64,000 bases of DNA from positions 128,001 to 192,000 of IMG/VR virus record IMGVR_UViG_3300015360_000023. One strand, given 5' to 3'. Every line of letters starts with the position of its first letter. Within the stretch, counting starts at the first letter, position 1. The notes beneath the pieces are model-generated. The model made no database searches, had not been told where the DNA came from, and saw only the letters and a list, made by a program, of their open reading frames with translations. The translations under genes were made by a program, and so were the position numbers. This DNA comes from a virus (Duplodnaviria; Caudoviricetes). This document shows positions 30,390 to 40,540 of the stretch, one piece after another.

Positions 30390-30820
30390 TGCCAAGACAT
30401 ACTCCTAGAACTAAAACATTTGTTATGCCAGAGATAACTGACAGGTTTCCTGCTGGAAATCCTCCTGACGGCTATGTAGTAACTTTCAGTGGGACTGATG
30501 GTTATTATTATCCTAGACCTACTTCTAAACTTTTACTTTTAGGAGTTCCATCTGCGGGCGGGCCTCATACGATTACGACAGAAGATCTTGTTTTAGTTCC
30601 AAGTCATAGCGGAACTTACATTGTTAACTTGCCAGTAGCCCCTCCAATTGGATTTCATGTATTTGTTAAAGATTTCGCAGGTGTAGCTCTTGCTAACCCA
30701 ATCAATGTTGTGGCCGCCGCCAATATAGATGGCACTTCGCCTTACATAATAAATGTAAATTATGGTGGTGCCCATTTTGTTTTCAATGGTGCGACCTGGT
30801 CAATTATCAGTAAATTCTAA
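30389..30820 (+). CDS. Small fibre-associated protein (stand-alone LPxxP..G..V.VKD..ID..Y domain)
   Basis: Homologous to the C-termini of the 2100 and 30890 ORFs; TAATG overlap with the upstream gene. Confidence 0.7.
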   Translation: MPRHTPRTKTFVMPEITDRFPAGNPPDGYVVTFSGTDGYYYPRPTSKLLLLGVPSAGGPHTITTEDLVLVPSHSGTYIVNLPVAPPIGFHVFVKDFAGVALANPINVVAAANIDGTSPYIINVNYGGAHFVFNGATWSIISKF

Positions 30821-30889
30821 GAAGTTACAGAATTCTACGTATTTAGAATGGTCATAATCTAATAAAGAGACATCTCTCTAGGAGAATCT

Positions 30890-33800
30890 ATGGCAATTCA
30901 GTACTACATGCGAGCATACAATACAAGCCTTTCCAATTATGTGGAGTGGATTGTAAATGACACGCCCGACACAGTCGGTACCTTTTCTGGTTATCCAACT
31001 AACCAGTTAACTAATATTATTGTCAATAGAATAGTTAGTTCAAAGGTTGATAATTTTCTAAAACCCAATCAATCTCTTGGTGGAAATGATGGTTATTATT
31101 TCCATATTAATAGTTATGATTGGTTAAAGGCTACAGCCCCAATTGGCGTTCCTACTACCTTAGCTGGTGTCGCCATTGAAAGAGGAATTACCTCTATAGC
31201 TACTGTTTCAGCAGCCACTAATGCAACGCCTATCGTATTAACTACGTCTGCCCATGGTATTACTGTAGGTGCTCAGGTTATGATTACGGTGATAGGCGTT
31301 TTAGGTAACGTCGCTGCCAATGGCACTTTTCCGGCCGTAGCTACTACGGGAACTAGTTTTTCATTAATTGGTTCTGAAGGTAGTGGAGCTTATACTTCCG
31401 GTGGTACTATTTATACGCCAACCGATTTCTCAACTCTTACTTGGGATGAAACTAATAACAGTTGGAGAATGGCACTTAATACAAGTGGCAATGGACTTAC
31501 CTTGGGCGCAAGTCAAAATCTTAGAGTATTAAATTCCTTCGTTGATGGCTATGCCTCCTTAGGAACTACCGCTCATGGAACGACCACCGTAGCGGCAACG
31601 GGCACAATAAGATTTCCAAACAATCAATTTATGATTGGTAGAAATGTTGGTTTAACTGCCGATATTTCTATGATTGGTATTGATACTTTGAATAGAATTA
31701 AAATCGGAGCTGGTGTTTCTGATTTAGTTTATTTACCAGGTAATCTTGATGTTGATGGATACATTGTTCATGACGGAACGGGAACTAACGTTCCGCTTAC
31801 CGGATTTATCCGTGAGCAAAATGGTACTAACATCATTGCTGTTAGAAATCAAGCAGGCACTCTTGATATCGTAGTTCTATCTACTACCGCAGCTAATCGT
31901 ATCGTCCTTGGAGACGCTGTTAATGCTGGAACAGTTTATAATACTGCTACTGGCGGACTTCATGCTTTCCAGATTAACTCAGTTTCAACAATTGAGTTAG
32001 GAGACGTATATGCAAGATTTACTGCCGGCGTAGTTGCTCCAACCATTATGCAAGTAACTGCTGGTGCTGGTCAAACTGGTCAGACACTAACGCTACAAGC
32101 TCAGAACGGTGGAACAGGCAGCACCACAGGCGGTATCGCCCAAGTAATGTCAGGTACTGGTAGCTCATTTTCAGGAACTGTTGACCTAAGTACTGGGGGT
32201 GTTGTTAAAGTAAGAGTACACCCAACAACTGCTCCGGCAGCCGCCAACAACAGTACTATCGAATTGTTTAATAACAATTTAAGGTTTGATGATCTTCAGA
32301 CTTTACCATTTATTTTTCAAGAAACTACGGCTGGAGCTACTGCAACTCACTTAACAGTTCAGGCACAAAACGCAGCAACTACTGGCGGTAATTTACTACT
32401 ATCTTCTGGAACTGGCGCAGGTACTGCTGGTAACGTTATTATTAAAACTGGTAATACCAATCAGATTATCGTCACACCAACATTAACTACCATTTTAGGT
32501 AATTTATTAGTTAACGGAACTACAACCAGCGTAGCTAGCACTGTAGTTGAAATTGCAGATAGAGTTATTAACCTAAACAGCTCTGCTAACCAATTTCCTG
32601 GAACAACTGTTCCTCTACCAACTCAACTTACTGGTTTTGCAGTTGACAGAGGCTCTACAGATAATACTACTAAAAGAGCGTATCACGGTCTATTCTGGTC
32701 TGAAACTGATAGCTATTGGAGATTCGCTGTTAACACTGACGGTTATACTGCTCAGAACGTATTAACAACTACTCTTCCAGTTATTGGCTCTCATTTCTTA
32801 GTTCAACCAAGTGCTTCCGTTCCAGTAACTGCCGCCTTAATCCCAACTGTTGGCGGATTTAGAACTCTAAATAACACGGTATCATTAGCCTCACGTAATG
32901 CGGCCGGTACACAAGATTTAATTCAAGCAAGTACAGACTCAACCAATCATTTGATATGGGGATCCCCAACTCAAAATGCTGGTCATATCTTTAATACGAC
33001 CACGTCTACAATATATGATTTCCAGGTTAACTCTGTTTCAACTTATCAGATCCAACCAATATCAAACGGAACTACTACACTTCAAGCAACTTCAGGTGTA
33101 ACAGCGCTAGTTTATAATCAAGCAACTACTGGCTCCGCAACCGGCGCCCCAACTACCTTGCAAGCTCAAAATGCTGCAACTACAGGTGGCGCTCTAATCC
33201 TTACCTCAGGTACGGGAGCAACAACTGCCGGTAATCTTCAACTTCAAACTGGTGCAGTAGACCGCGTTGTTGTTCATCCGGACTTTACTGAATTTAGAGA
33301 TACTGCTGAGGCTCTAAGAATTACTCCAGTATCTGCTGGTACTACTTTAATCACTTACGCTTCTACGGTAACCACTGCTCAAATTGATCAGACGGCTACT
33401 GGTAGCGCAACTGGCGCATTGATGTTTATCAAGGCACAGAACGCAGCCACTACGGGTGGCGAACTAAGATTAAGTTCTGGTACAGGCGGTACTACAGCAG
33501 GAAACGCTAACATCCAAACGGGTGGCGTCACTAAAGTTTCTGTCAATCCAACTTTTACGACCTTTAATGATACTGCCGAAGCAGTACGCATCACCCCAGT
33601 CTCTGCTGGCACTACTCAAGTTACATTCGCAACAGGCATCACGTCAGTTTCCTTTAATCAAACGGCAACTGGTGGAGCAACCGGAGCACCTTGGACTATT
33701 CAGGCTCAAACAGGTGCATCAGGTACTGGTGGAGCTATCAGCTTAATTGCAGGCAATGCCACTACTACAGGTGGAAATGCAATAGTTAGTTCAGGTACAG

Positions 33801-35002
33801 GCGCTACCGCAGGTAACGTTAACCTACAGACTGGGGCAGTTACCAGAGTATCTATCAACCCCACCTTTACTACCTTTAATGATACTGTAGAAGCATTAAG
33901 AGTTACCCCAGTATCTTCTGGTACAACTCAGATTACTTATGCTTCTACAGTAACGGCCGCTCAGATTAACCAAACGGCAACCGCTGGTGCAACTGGCGCC
34001 CCGATGACTCATCAGGCTCAGAACGCAGTCACCACAGGTGGTGCGTTGAACCTTAGCTCAGGTACGGGAGTTACAGCCGGCAATACCAACCTTCAAACTG
34101 GAGCTGTTACTAGGGTATCTGTTAATCCGACCTTCACAACCTTTAATGATACAATAGAGGCTTTGAGAGTTACTCCAGTGTCTTCTGGTAGTACGCTTAT
34201 TACATTTGCTTCTACGGTTACCGCCGCCACAGTTAACCAAACTACTACTGGTGGGGCAACTGGAGCTAACCTTACGATTCAGGCACAGAATGCTGTAACC
34301 ACTGGTGGAAATGCAGTCATTACTTCAGGTACTGGCGCAACGGCTGGTAATGTTCAATTGCAGACCGGAGCTGTAGATAGAATAATTGTCCATCCAACCT
34401 ACACTGAGTTCAGAGATATGGCTGAAGCCGTACGTATTGTACCAGTCTCTTCCGGTATAAGCTATATACAATTCGCTAGCACAGTAACTACATCTGGTAT
34501 CGCTCAAGCAGATACAGTAGTAAATGCAGCAACCGGCGCTCCGTTAGCCGTTATAGCGCAACATGCAACTGGAACTACTACTGTTGGCGGTGCCTTACTT
34601 CTAAGTTCTGGAACTGGTACAACTACTAACGGTGCAGTTAACTTACAAGTTGGTACAGTTACTACTGCCTCTCTAGTAACTAACAAGTTTGTCTTTAATA
34701 AGGGTCGTCGTAGAAACGTTACCCAAATCAGCAGCGCAGGTGGCACATACGCTGTTCTTGCTACGAATGATTACATCGCCATTACAACGGTAGCAGCTTC
34801 GTTTACCATTAATCTTCCAACAACGCCAACTCTTGGTGATACTTATGAGATCAAAGATACTACTGGAAATGCCTCTCCAACCTTTGTTGTTACTATAGGT
34901 GGAAATGGTACCAATATCGATGGTGCAGCTTCAATCCCAATTACCACTGGTTATGCCGCAGTAACTGTAACGTACACTGGTACTCAATGGAGTCTAAGCT
35001 AA
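30890..35002 (+). CDS. Long tail fibre-like protein with ~90-aa repeats
   Basis: Repeats QAQNAxTTGGxxxLxSGTG..TAGN..LQTG..RV..xPTFTxFxDTxEAxRxTPVS; AGGAG RBS; 1370 aa. Confidence 0.75.
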   Translation: MAIQYYMRAYNTSLSNYVEWIVNDTPDTVGTFSGYPTNQLTNIIVNRIVSSKVDNFLKPNQSLGGNDGYYFHINSYDWLKATAPIGVPTTLAGVAIERGITSIATVSAATNATPIVLTTSAHGITVGAQVMITVIGVLGNVAANGTFPAVATTGTSFSLIGSEGSGAYTSGGTIYTPTDFSTLTWDETNNSWRMALNTSGNGLTLGASQNLRVLNSFVDGYASLGTTAHGTTTVAATGTIRFPNNQFMIGRNVGLTADISMIGIDTLNRIKIGAGVSDLVYLPGNLDVDGYIVHDGTGTNVPLTGFIREQNGTNIIAVRNQAGTLDIVVLSTTAANRIVLGDAVNAGTVYNTATGGLHAFQINSVSTIELGDVYARFTAGVVAPTIMQVTAGAGQTGQTLTLQAQNGGTGSTTGGIAQVMSGTGSSFSGTVDLSTGGVVKVRVHPTTAPAAANNSTIELFNNNLRFDDLQTLPFIFQETTAGATATHLTVQAQNAATTGGNLLLSSGTGAGTAGNVIIKTGNTNQIIVTPTLTTILGNLLVNGTTTSVASTVVEIADRVINLNSSANQFPGTTVPLPTQLTGFAVDRGSTDNTTKRAYHGLFWSETDSYWRFAVNTDGYTAQNVLTTTLPVIGSHFLVQPSASVPVTAALIPTVGGFRTLNNTVSLASRNAAGTQDLIQASTDSTNHLIWGSPTQNAGHIFNTTTSTIYDFQVNSVSTYQIQPISNGTTTLQATSGVTALVYNQATTGSATGAPTTLQAQNAATTGGALILTSGTGATTAGNLQLQTGAVDRVVVHPDFTEFRDTAEALRITPVSAGTTLITYASTVTTAQIDQTATGSATGALMFIKAQNAATTGGELRLSSGTGGTTAGNANIQTGGVTKVSVNPTFTTFNDTAEAVRITPVSAGTTQVTFATGITSVSFNQTATGGATGAPWTIQAQTGASGTGGAISLIAGNATTTGGNAIVSSGTGATAGNVNLQTGAVTRVSINPTFTTFNDTVEALRVTPVSSGTTQITYASTVTAAQINQTATAGATGAPMTHQAQNAVTTGGALNLSSGTGVTAGNTNLQTGAVTRVSVNPTFTTFNDTIEALRVTPVSSGSTLITFASTVTAATVNQTTTGGATGANLTIQAQNAVTTGGNAVITSGTGATAGNVQLQTGAVDRIIVHPTYTEFRDMAEAVRIVPVSSGISYIQFASTVTTSGIAQADTVVNAATGAPLAVIAQHATGTTTVGGALLLSSGTGTTTNGAVNLQVGTVTTASLVTNKFVFNKGRRRNVTQISSAGGTYAVLATNDYIAITTVAASFTINLPTTPTLGDTYEIKDTTGNASPTFVVTIGGNGTNIDGAASIPITTGYAAVTVTYTGTQWSLS

Positions 35003-35334
35003 TGAGCTATAAATATCTAGACGGATACGCTAATCCCGGAGTCAGAATTGTTAGGGATTTTCCTAGCAACGCAAACTACACTGCTGTAGTAAATGATTAC
35101 CGCGCAGCAATCATGGAATTTACCGCTACCGGAACTCCAATTACTGCTGACAGAGATGTAATCTTACCAAACATTGCAGGTCTTCAATGGATTGTATATA
35201 ATAATACAACCGCTTCTTTTAACTTGGTATTCAAAGTTTCTGGACAAACGGGGGTTACAGTCGCGTACAATAAACGTTGTATAGTCTACTGTGATGGTAC
35301 TGATATAGTACGAGCTACTCCAGACAATCCATAA
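35002..35334 (+). CDS. Small fibre-associated protein
   Basis: TAATG overlap; IxFTxTxxxxADRDVILP...WIVYNNT...V.V...KRCIVYCDGTD. Confidence 0.7.
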   Translation: MSYKYLDGYANPGVRIVRDFPSNANYTAVVNDYRAAIMEFTATGTPITADRDVILPNIAGLQWIVYNNTTASFNLVFKVSGQTGVTVAYNKRCIVYCDGTDIVRATPDNP

Positions 35335-35673
35335 TTACCAAAACACTCTCATCTTATTCATTCGATTACTAATCGATTCAAACTCCTGAGTAAACTCTTT
35401 CCAATATGTGGGTGGTTCGACTCCGAGATATTTGATCTTGATTCCGCCTTCGAAATTAATAGAGATAATTTTATTGATTTGAAGTTCATGTAATCCTGTA
35501 ATGTATTCTTTTTCAAAGACATACTTGGCTAGACCATGAGCTACTTTTTTAACTTCCCCTTGTATAACAATCTCTCCATTAGCATGAATGGCCAGATAAT
35601 TATCCTCATGTTTAATGAAGGTTGTGTTATCAAGATCCCAAGTAATAGGAAATGACATAGGAAAATTAGCCAT
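35335..35673 (-). CDS. Hypothetical protein, outlying variant of the C-terminal family (ends NKMRVFW)
   Basis: ATG 35673 overlaps the thyX stop; its stop abuts that of the convergent gene. Confidence 0.65.
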   Translation of the reverse strand: MANFPMSFPITWDLDNTTFIKHEDNYLAIHANGEIVIQGEVKKVAHGLAKYVFEKEYITGLHELQINKIISINFEGGIKIKYLGVEPPTYWKEFTQEFESISNRMNKMRVFW

Positions 35674-36343
35674 ATATTTTCTCTTTAGTCCAACCAAAAG
35701 CATCTAATGATAAATCAAATTGGCCCGTCTGAGAAACTAGATTAAGCTTATTGTAAGCTACCTGTTTAACTTCTAGTTGAGCATGATCGCTATAGCGAAG
35801 TCCAATGAAGTGCATGAAAGAGCGGAAGTTAAACATAACATCGGCCGTTAGCTGGTTAGCATATGGTAGATAGAATCTGGCAGATTCCTTAGCACGTGTA
35901 CGTGACATACCCTTAGCAATCATTCGGTCCATACAGTCATGATACTTCTTGAAAGATTCTTCACAATGTTGAACTAGTTGAGCTTGTTCATCTTCTGCCC
36001 AATCTTGGGGAATGTAAAATTTATCATCATACACAACCTTGTCGCCTTCCTTCTTTTTGCCAAGCTCTTTGTATCGGGCTGACTCACCATTGAAGGAGAC
36101 TCCAATACGATGTTTCAGGATATGAATGTGAGTAGCAATGTCGGTAGTTACCAAGAAATGTATAGAAGACTTCTCAAATGGTGTGTGATGTCCTTCGCGG
36201 CCCAACATACCAAGAAGCTTGCCCATACGCCCACGCTTCTCATCATTCAAATCTCTGGACGTTGAAGTCCAGGCTGATAATGCATGGGATTCATCAGAAC
36301 CATATACTCCAACCAATTCAACTTTGTTCGTATAATCATTCAT
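35666..36343 (-). CDS. thyX: Flavin-dependent thymidylate synthase
   Basis: HHTPFE, KHRIGVSFNGESARY, ESARFYLP, NFRSFMHF..LR...HAQLEV. Confidence 0.93.
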   Translation of the reverse strand: MNDYTNKVELVGVYGSDESHALSAWTSTSRDLNDEKRGRMGKLLGMLGREGHHTPFEKSSIHFLVTTDIATHIHILKHRIGVSFNGESARYKELGKKKEGDKVVYDDKFYIPQDWAEDEQAQLVQHCEESFKKYHDCMDRMIAKGMSRTRAKESARFYLPYANQLTADVMFNFRSFMHFIGLRYSDHAQLEVKQVAYNKLNLVSQTGQFDLSLDAFGWTKEKIYG

Positions 36344-36657
36344 ATATCTAATATCCTTATACTATCAGGCAAGAACCGATAAGTTCCTGGGTGAAACGGA
36401 AGATCCTTCCAACCTTGTTTGTTGTTAATAATTAATCTTTCCCAATCCATATGATGGTGATGAATAATATCATAGCGACCATCTTTATGCAAGAGGCCAT
36501 CGCCTTCATTATCGGTAAAAAAGATAATGCCGTAATACCATTTGTTTTGGTATGTTTCATACCTAACATGGCTCTCGAACATGATTAGCTTTTTACCGAG
36601 AGCGTAGATCTGATATTCCACACTTAGACTTTCTAAATTTTGCATAAATGAATCCAC
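36340..36657 (-). CDS. Hypothetical protein
   Basis: ATGA overlap with thyX; the start codon is uncertain. Confidence 0.6.
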   Translation of the reverse strand: MDSFMQNLESLSVEYQIYALGKKLIMFESHVRYETYQNKWYYGIIFFTDNEGDGLLHKDGRYDIIHHHHMDWERLIINNKQGWKDLPFHPGTYRFLPDSIRILDI

Positions 36658-36796
36658 TAATAAATCCTAAAACTAGTGTTCCGAAACCCATCCAATAGCC
36701 TAACTTCAGACCACAATATAACGTAGAGGCCAGGACTAAAATAAAGAAAATCCCAGAAAGAATTTTCCAAAAAGTGCAGTTACTTAGTTGGTTCAT
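36593..36796 (-). CDS. Small membrane protein
   Basis: Two hydrophobic helices; ATG at 36796. Confidence 0.6.
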   Translation of the reverse strand: MNQLSNCTFWKILSGIFFILVLASTLYCGLKLGYWMGFGTLVLGFISGFIYAKFRKSKCGISDLRSR

Positions 36797-36992
36797 CTTT
36801 CTTCTTTTGGAAAAAGTAATAATAATCATTACGCACGAAGAAACCCATACCAACTGTCAATAGAAGACAAGTAGCGAATAGACCCCAATGTGGAATGGTT
36901 AAAGCAAATACTGTAAACCCTAACATAGCTAGTGCTGTAGCAAGGGTAGCGCAGGCGATTACTGTTTTGATAATTTTTGCTGTGTCGGTCAT
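36780..36992 (-). CDS. Small membrane protein
   Basis: Two hydrophobic helices; GAGG RBS. Confidence 0.65.
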   Translation of the reverse strand: MTDTAKIIKTVIACATLATALAMLGFTVFALTIPHWGLFATCLLLTVGMGFFVRNDYYYFFQKKKDEPTK

Positions 36993-36999
36993 AATATCC

Positions 37000-38034
37000 T
37001 CATTTTAGGATAACATCATGCGGATGGGACTCTTTCAAACCCGCATTGGTTATCCTAATAAATTCCGGATTATCCCTAAGGTCCACTAGATTATGGGCGC
37101 CTTGATAAGAGCATCCAGAACGTAGGCCTTCTAGTAATTTCGCTAGAATATCTCCGAACTTGCCTTTCGCCGGAACGATGGCAGCCACGCCTTCAACATG
37201 ATTTGTCTTATGGGTAGAGCTACCTACATAGTGCTTAAATGATCTCCCATCAATATTCATAATCTCGCCAGGAGTCTCTACACAGCCCGCGAACAAATTA
37301 CCGACCATAACCATGTCAGCAAAGCAAAGGGCCTTCACAAGGTCACCTGCGCTCTTGATACCGCCATCTGCAATGATAGGGAACTGACGTTTATAAGTAG
37401 TGGCTTTGGTTCTCTCCAATTCCATTAATTGTTTTTGAACCTGAGCAACGTCCATCAAAGCTGTAAGCTGAGGAACTCCGTTACCAGTTTCAATTCTAGT
37501 AGTACATAAGCTACCCGGCCCAACGCCAACCTTGACGGCGCTAGCTCCAGCTTCCCATAATCTGCGCGCCCCTTCTCCTGTAGCCACATTGCCAGCAATA
37601 ATAAAGACTTGCTCGTTCAAAGCTCTCATGTTTTTAAGTGTTTGGATACATTGGGCGGAGTCGCCATGAGCCACATCGATACAGAAGTTTCTAACGCCAG
37701 CCTCTAGGAACTTATGAAAGGCCGGCAAGTCTTCATTCTTTACTCCAAGTGAGATGCACACCCCTCTATCTCCAAAAGTATCAATCAAATGATTCGCAAT
37801 AAATAATTGCTCTTCAATTGGCATGAAGCGATGAATGATAGCTAAACCACCACTTTTACATATTTCAAAGCCCATTTCTAATCCAGTAATAGTTTTCATA
37901 TTAGCTGGAATTACGGGATGCTTGAATTTAAGTCCACATAATGTAGCTGAGATGTCTACTTCAGAGCGACTCTTTATGGTTGAATGTTGCGGAACAAGTA
38001 ACACGTCATCAAAAGTTAATCCTTCACGAATCAT
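37000..38034 (-). CDS. IMP dehydrogenase / GMP reductase family protein (no CBS domains)
   Basis: [35 protein letters not shown] (catalytic Cys), IIADGGI. YVGSST replaces GMGS, so guaB versus guaC is unresolved. AGGAG RBS before ATG 38034. Confidence 0.9.
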   Translation of the reverse strand: MIREGLTFDDVLLVPQHSTIKSRSEVDISATLCGLKFKHPVIPANMKTITGLEMGFEICKSGGLAIIHRFMPIEEQLFIANHLIDTFGDRGVCISLGVKNEDLPAFHKFLEAGVRNFCIDVAHGDSAQCIQTLKNMRALNEQVFIIAGNVATGEGARRLWEAGASAVKVGVGPGSLCTTRIETGNGVPQLTALMDVAQVQKQLMELERTKATTYKRQFPIIADGGIKSAGDLVKALCFADMVMVGNLFAGCVETPGEIMNIDGRSFKHYVGSSTHKTNHVEGVAAIVPAKGKFGDILAKLLEGLRSGCSYQGAHNLVDLRDNPEFIRITNAGLKESHPHDVILK

Positions 38035-38139
38035 TGTACAGTCTCCTATGTCCAGAGCTGATATAACGCTCTCCATATTTCAGTATATTATGTAGAAGAG
38101 AATTCGACTGCCTTGCTTATTTCCACTAATATCATGTAT

Positions 38140-38168
38140 ATGATAATGATTTTCATTGAGTTTGTCAA
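38140..38168 (-). promoter_or_regulatory. sigma70-like promoter for the IMPDH-thyX operon
   Basis: Minus strand TTGACA (38168-38163), 17-bp spacer, TATCAT (38145-38140). Confidence 0.65.
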
Positions 38169-38198
38169 GGTGCCGGATTTGAAAACAATAGGAATTAT

Positions 38199-38987
38199 AT
38201 GAGTATCAATATCTTTAATATATTTGACGGTGAACCAGAGGGCAACTATCTATTCCCTACTAGAGATCCGGGCGCAGTTACAGGATCTGCTTTCGTTCAG
38301 AGTAATTTAAACACAAGCGGAGCTGGTCGTGAATCCAACATTCTTGATGAATTAATTCACGGCAACCTGCCAAATTTCCTAAGAGATTTGACTCCAGTTG
38401 TTGTTACTGACGATGTAAATACTATTACCTATTTAGTAACTTTGGATTATTTGTCTATTGGCAATGACGATAATTTCGTTAGAATGCCAATGAGCCCACT
38501 TACGGCGCAAAAGATTGCGGATAAGTTTGATTGCTCACTTCCAACTAGGAAGATGGTTAAAGATATTTGGAAGAATGCCGTCAATAAACTTCCCCCCAAG
38601 ACTACTCCACCCGACGCTCAAATGACTAGCACCAAACGTTTCGGTGAACATAATGCACTTGTCAACAATCAAATGGCTTCATTGAGCGTAAATGATTTAA
38701 CAGCAGGGCACAAAAAGGATATCGTCCTAACGAACAAGCTTGCTCCTAAAAATCCAAATCATAGAGTTGCTATCTATGGATGGTTCTATTCTAATGGAAC
38801 GGTGATTCAAGATTTGAATCCATCAGACCATAACGATATGTATGCTGATTACAGCCATGGAGTTAGACTCATTGCCAATGACGTTGTCGTCAATGGTAAC
38901 CCAATGAGAATACAAGACGTTTGGAAGAATCCTAAGTTCTCCGCCCTCATCAGTGATGAAGGCGTCCTTACCTTCCAAAGATATTAA
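38199..38987 (+). CDS. Conserved-looking hypothetical protein
   Basis: CSLPTRKMV, GHKKDIVL, VAIYGW, DYSHGVRL give an enzyme-like set of conserved-looking residues. Confidence 0.7.
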   Translation: MSINIFNIFDGEPEGNYLFPTRDPGAVTGSAFVQSNLNTSGAGRESNILDELIHGNLPNFLRDLTPVVVTDDVNTITYLVTLDYLSIGNDDNFVRMPMSPLTAQKIADKFDCSLPTRKMVKDIWKNAVNKLPPKTTPPDAQMTSTKRFGEHNALVNNQMASLSVNDLTAGHKKDIVLTNKLAPKNPNHRVAIYGWFYSNGTVIQDLNPSDHNDMYADYSHGVRLIANDVVVNGNPMRIQDVWKNPKFSALISDEGVLTFQRY

Positions 38988-39205
38988 GACTTGTTTCGAT
39001 AAGTGATTCGACCTTGAGTGGTGTCATATTCTGATACTTCAATTCGAACCTTATCTCCAATCAAAATCTTGACGGAGTTCATTCGAATCTTGCCGCTCAA
39101 TGTACAAAGCACGGTCAGGTTATCATTAACCTTGACTGTGAACTTGCCTTTGTTTGCGTCAATTACTTCACCTTCAAACTCTAATCTATCTCTGTTGTTA
39201 GCCAT
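38984..39205 (-). CDS. infA: Translation initiation factor IF-1
   Basis: 73-aa OB fold: LEFEGEVID...F.VKV....VLCTLSGKIRMNSVKILIGDKVRIEVSEYDTTQGRITYR. Confidence 0.95.
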   Translation of the reverse strand: MANNRDRLEFEGEVIDANKGKFTVKVNDNLTVLCTLSGKIRMNSVKILIGDKVRIEVSEYDTTQGRITYRNKS

Positions 39206-39211
39206 AATACC

Positions 39212-39874
39212 TTAATGTTCCTTTGTGTTTTCAAATAATGCGTGAGCCGGACGGCAATGCACGCTTAGTAAGCTCATAAACTCTTTACGAGGTGGCATGA
39301 AAGTTAGCCACTGTTCCGCTAAAGCGCAAGGAATTGGGGAATTTTCTTTACTCTCTATTTTTTTATAATACTTTATGTCTCTGTTTTCACTCATCTTTTT
39401 GAGATGAGATAGCCCTAAAAGAAGCGGCGACACCTGTTGCCACTCGCCATATAGATACATAAAGCTTCGTAGATAATTATCAATCCCTAAAAGAGTAATC
39501 ATCAAACAATCTTGATTCAAGTCATCGTCTTTTCCGAAACAGATGAAAGCTAGTTTACTAATCTTTACTACTTTGTCAATAGATAAACCATAATATAAAT
39601 CAGTTGACGTTATACTTTTTCGAGGTAGTGATAGGTCATTGTAAATAATCTGAATGTTCTTAGAACCTTGCACTTTGAAAGAGTTTCCAAATTCATCAAA
39701 CCACCATTTGTAAAGAATAAGCTTTTCGCTTTTTCCCTGAAAAATGTATTGGTGGGGCTTTAGGCGACAACTCTTGATAAGAAAAAAGAGATCACTGATC
39801 TCGGTGTATGATTGCACCAACAAGATATGTTTATCTAATTGCGTATAAAAAACATCGAGACTTGGGCTCTTCAT
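39212..39874 (-). CDS. Hypothetical protein
   Basis: 220-aa ORF with an ATGA overlap. Confidence 0.7.
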   Translation of the reverse strand: MKSPSLDVFYTQLDKHILLVQSYTEISDLFFLIKSCRLKPHQYIFQGKSEKLILYKWWFDEFGNSFKVQGSKNIQIIYNDLSLPRKSITSTDLYYGLSIDKVVKISKLAFICFGKDDDLNQDCLMITLLGIDNYLRSFMYLYGEWQQVSPLLLGLSHLKKMSENRDIKYYKKIESKENSPIPCALAEQWLTFMPPRKEFMSLLSVHCRPAHALFENTKEH

Positions 39875-40539
39875 ATATCTAGCAATGATGGATCTAGTCC
39901 ACCCTCTTCATCTCCGGCTGGAGGGGCAAGATTAGGATAATGTACTTCTGTCTTGATGTACGGAAGATGATCTACTTGTTTTTCTTCAAGCAAATTACGA
40001 TAAAGAAGATAAGTATTTCTGCTATCAACCTTAGCATTGTGTGCTTCGCTAATCTTTTTGATACCAACAATGTCGCAAGCCGCATGCAACGCAAAACTTT
40101 GTCGTTTTTCACCCTTGGCAGCCTTGACAAGTAGCCCGGCCTTCTTAGCATATTCCTTAGTTAGACCAATAGAATCTAGCCAAAGATTGGCTGGAAATGC
40201 TTTACCATTCTGAGCCCAAAGAGCATGCAGGAATCTTCTATCAAATGGCGCGTTATGAGCAACGATGCAACGATGAGCTGGAGTGGCCCCGTCTTCGGCA
40301 AAAAACTTCTCACACTCTTCTACAACTTGTTGATTAGAATAACCCTTTTCTAGGTCTGCCATTGTCTTCTTAGTAATAGCAAGGGCATCAAAGTTGGCGC
40401 GTTCAGGATATTCGCATTTAATCTGGCGCCATAGTTGAACACGATCTGTGTAGCGAATGATGCCAATTTCGGTCATCTCATTGTAACCGGCTTTTAATCC
40501 AGTGGTCTCAGTATCAATTACATAATATAGTAGGCTCAT
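39871..40539 (-). CDS. DEDDh 3'-5' exonuclease, second paralog
   Basis: VIDTETTG, AHNAPFD, WLDS, AHNAKVD. Confidence 0.9.
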   Translation of the reverse strand: MSLLYYVIDTETTGLKAGYNEMTEIGIIRYTDRVQLWRQIKCEYPERANFDALAITKKTMADLEKGYSNQQVVEECEKFFAEDGATPAHRCIVAHNAPFDRRFLHALWAQNGKAFPANLWLDSIGLTKEYAKKAGLLVKAAKGEKRQSFALHAACDIVGIKKISEAHNAKVDSRNTYLLYRNLLEEKQVDHLPYIKTEVHYPNLAPPAGDEEGGLDPSLLDI

Positions 40540-40540
40540 C

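Noticed and set aside
11691-35002. Many 60-185-aa opposite-strand or alternative-frame ORFs (e.g. 12151, 17682, 19500, 29291, 33388)
   Set aside because: They are shadows of low-complexity Gly/Thr/Ala-rich fibre genes, with V/P/L-rich translations and no RBS.
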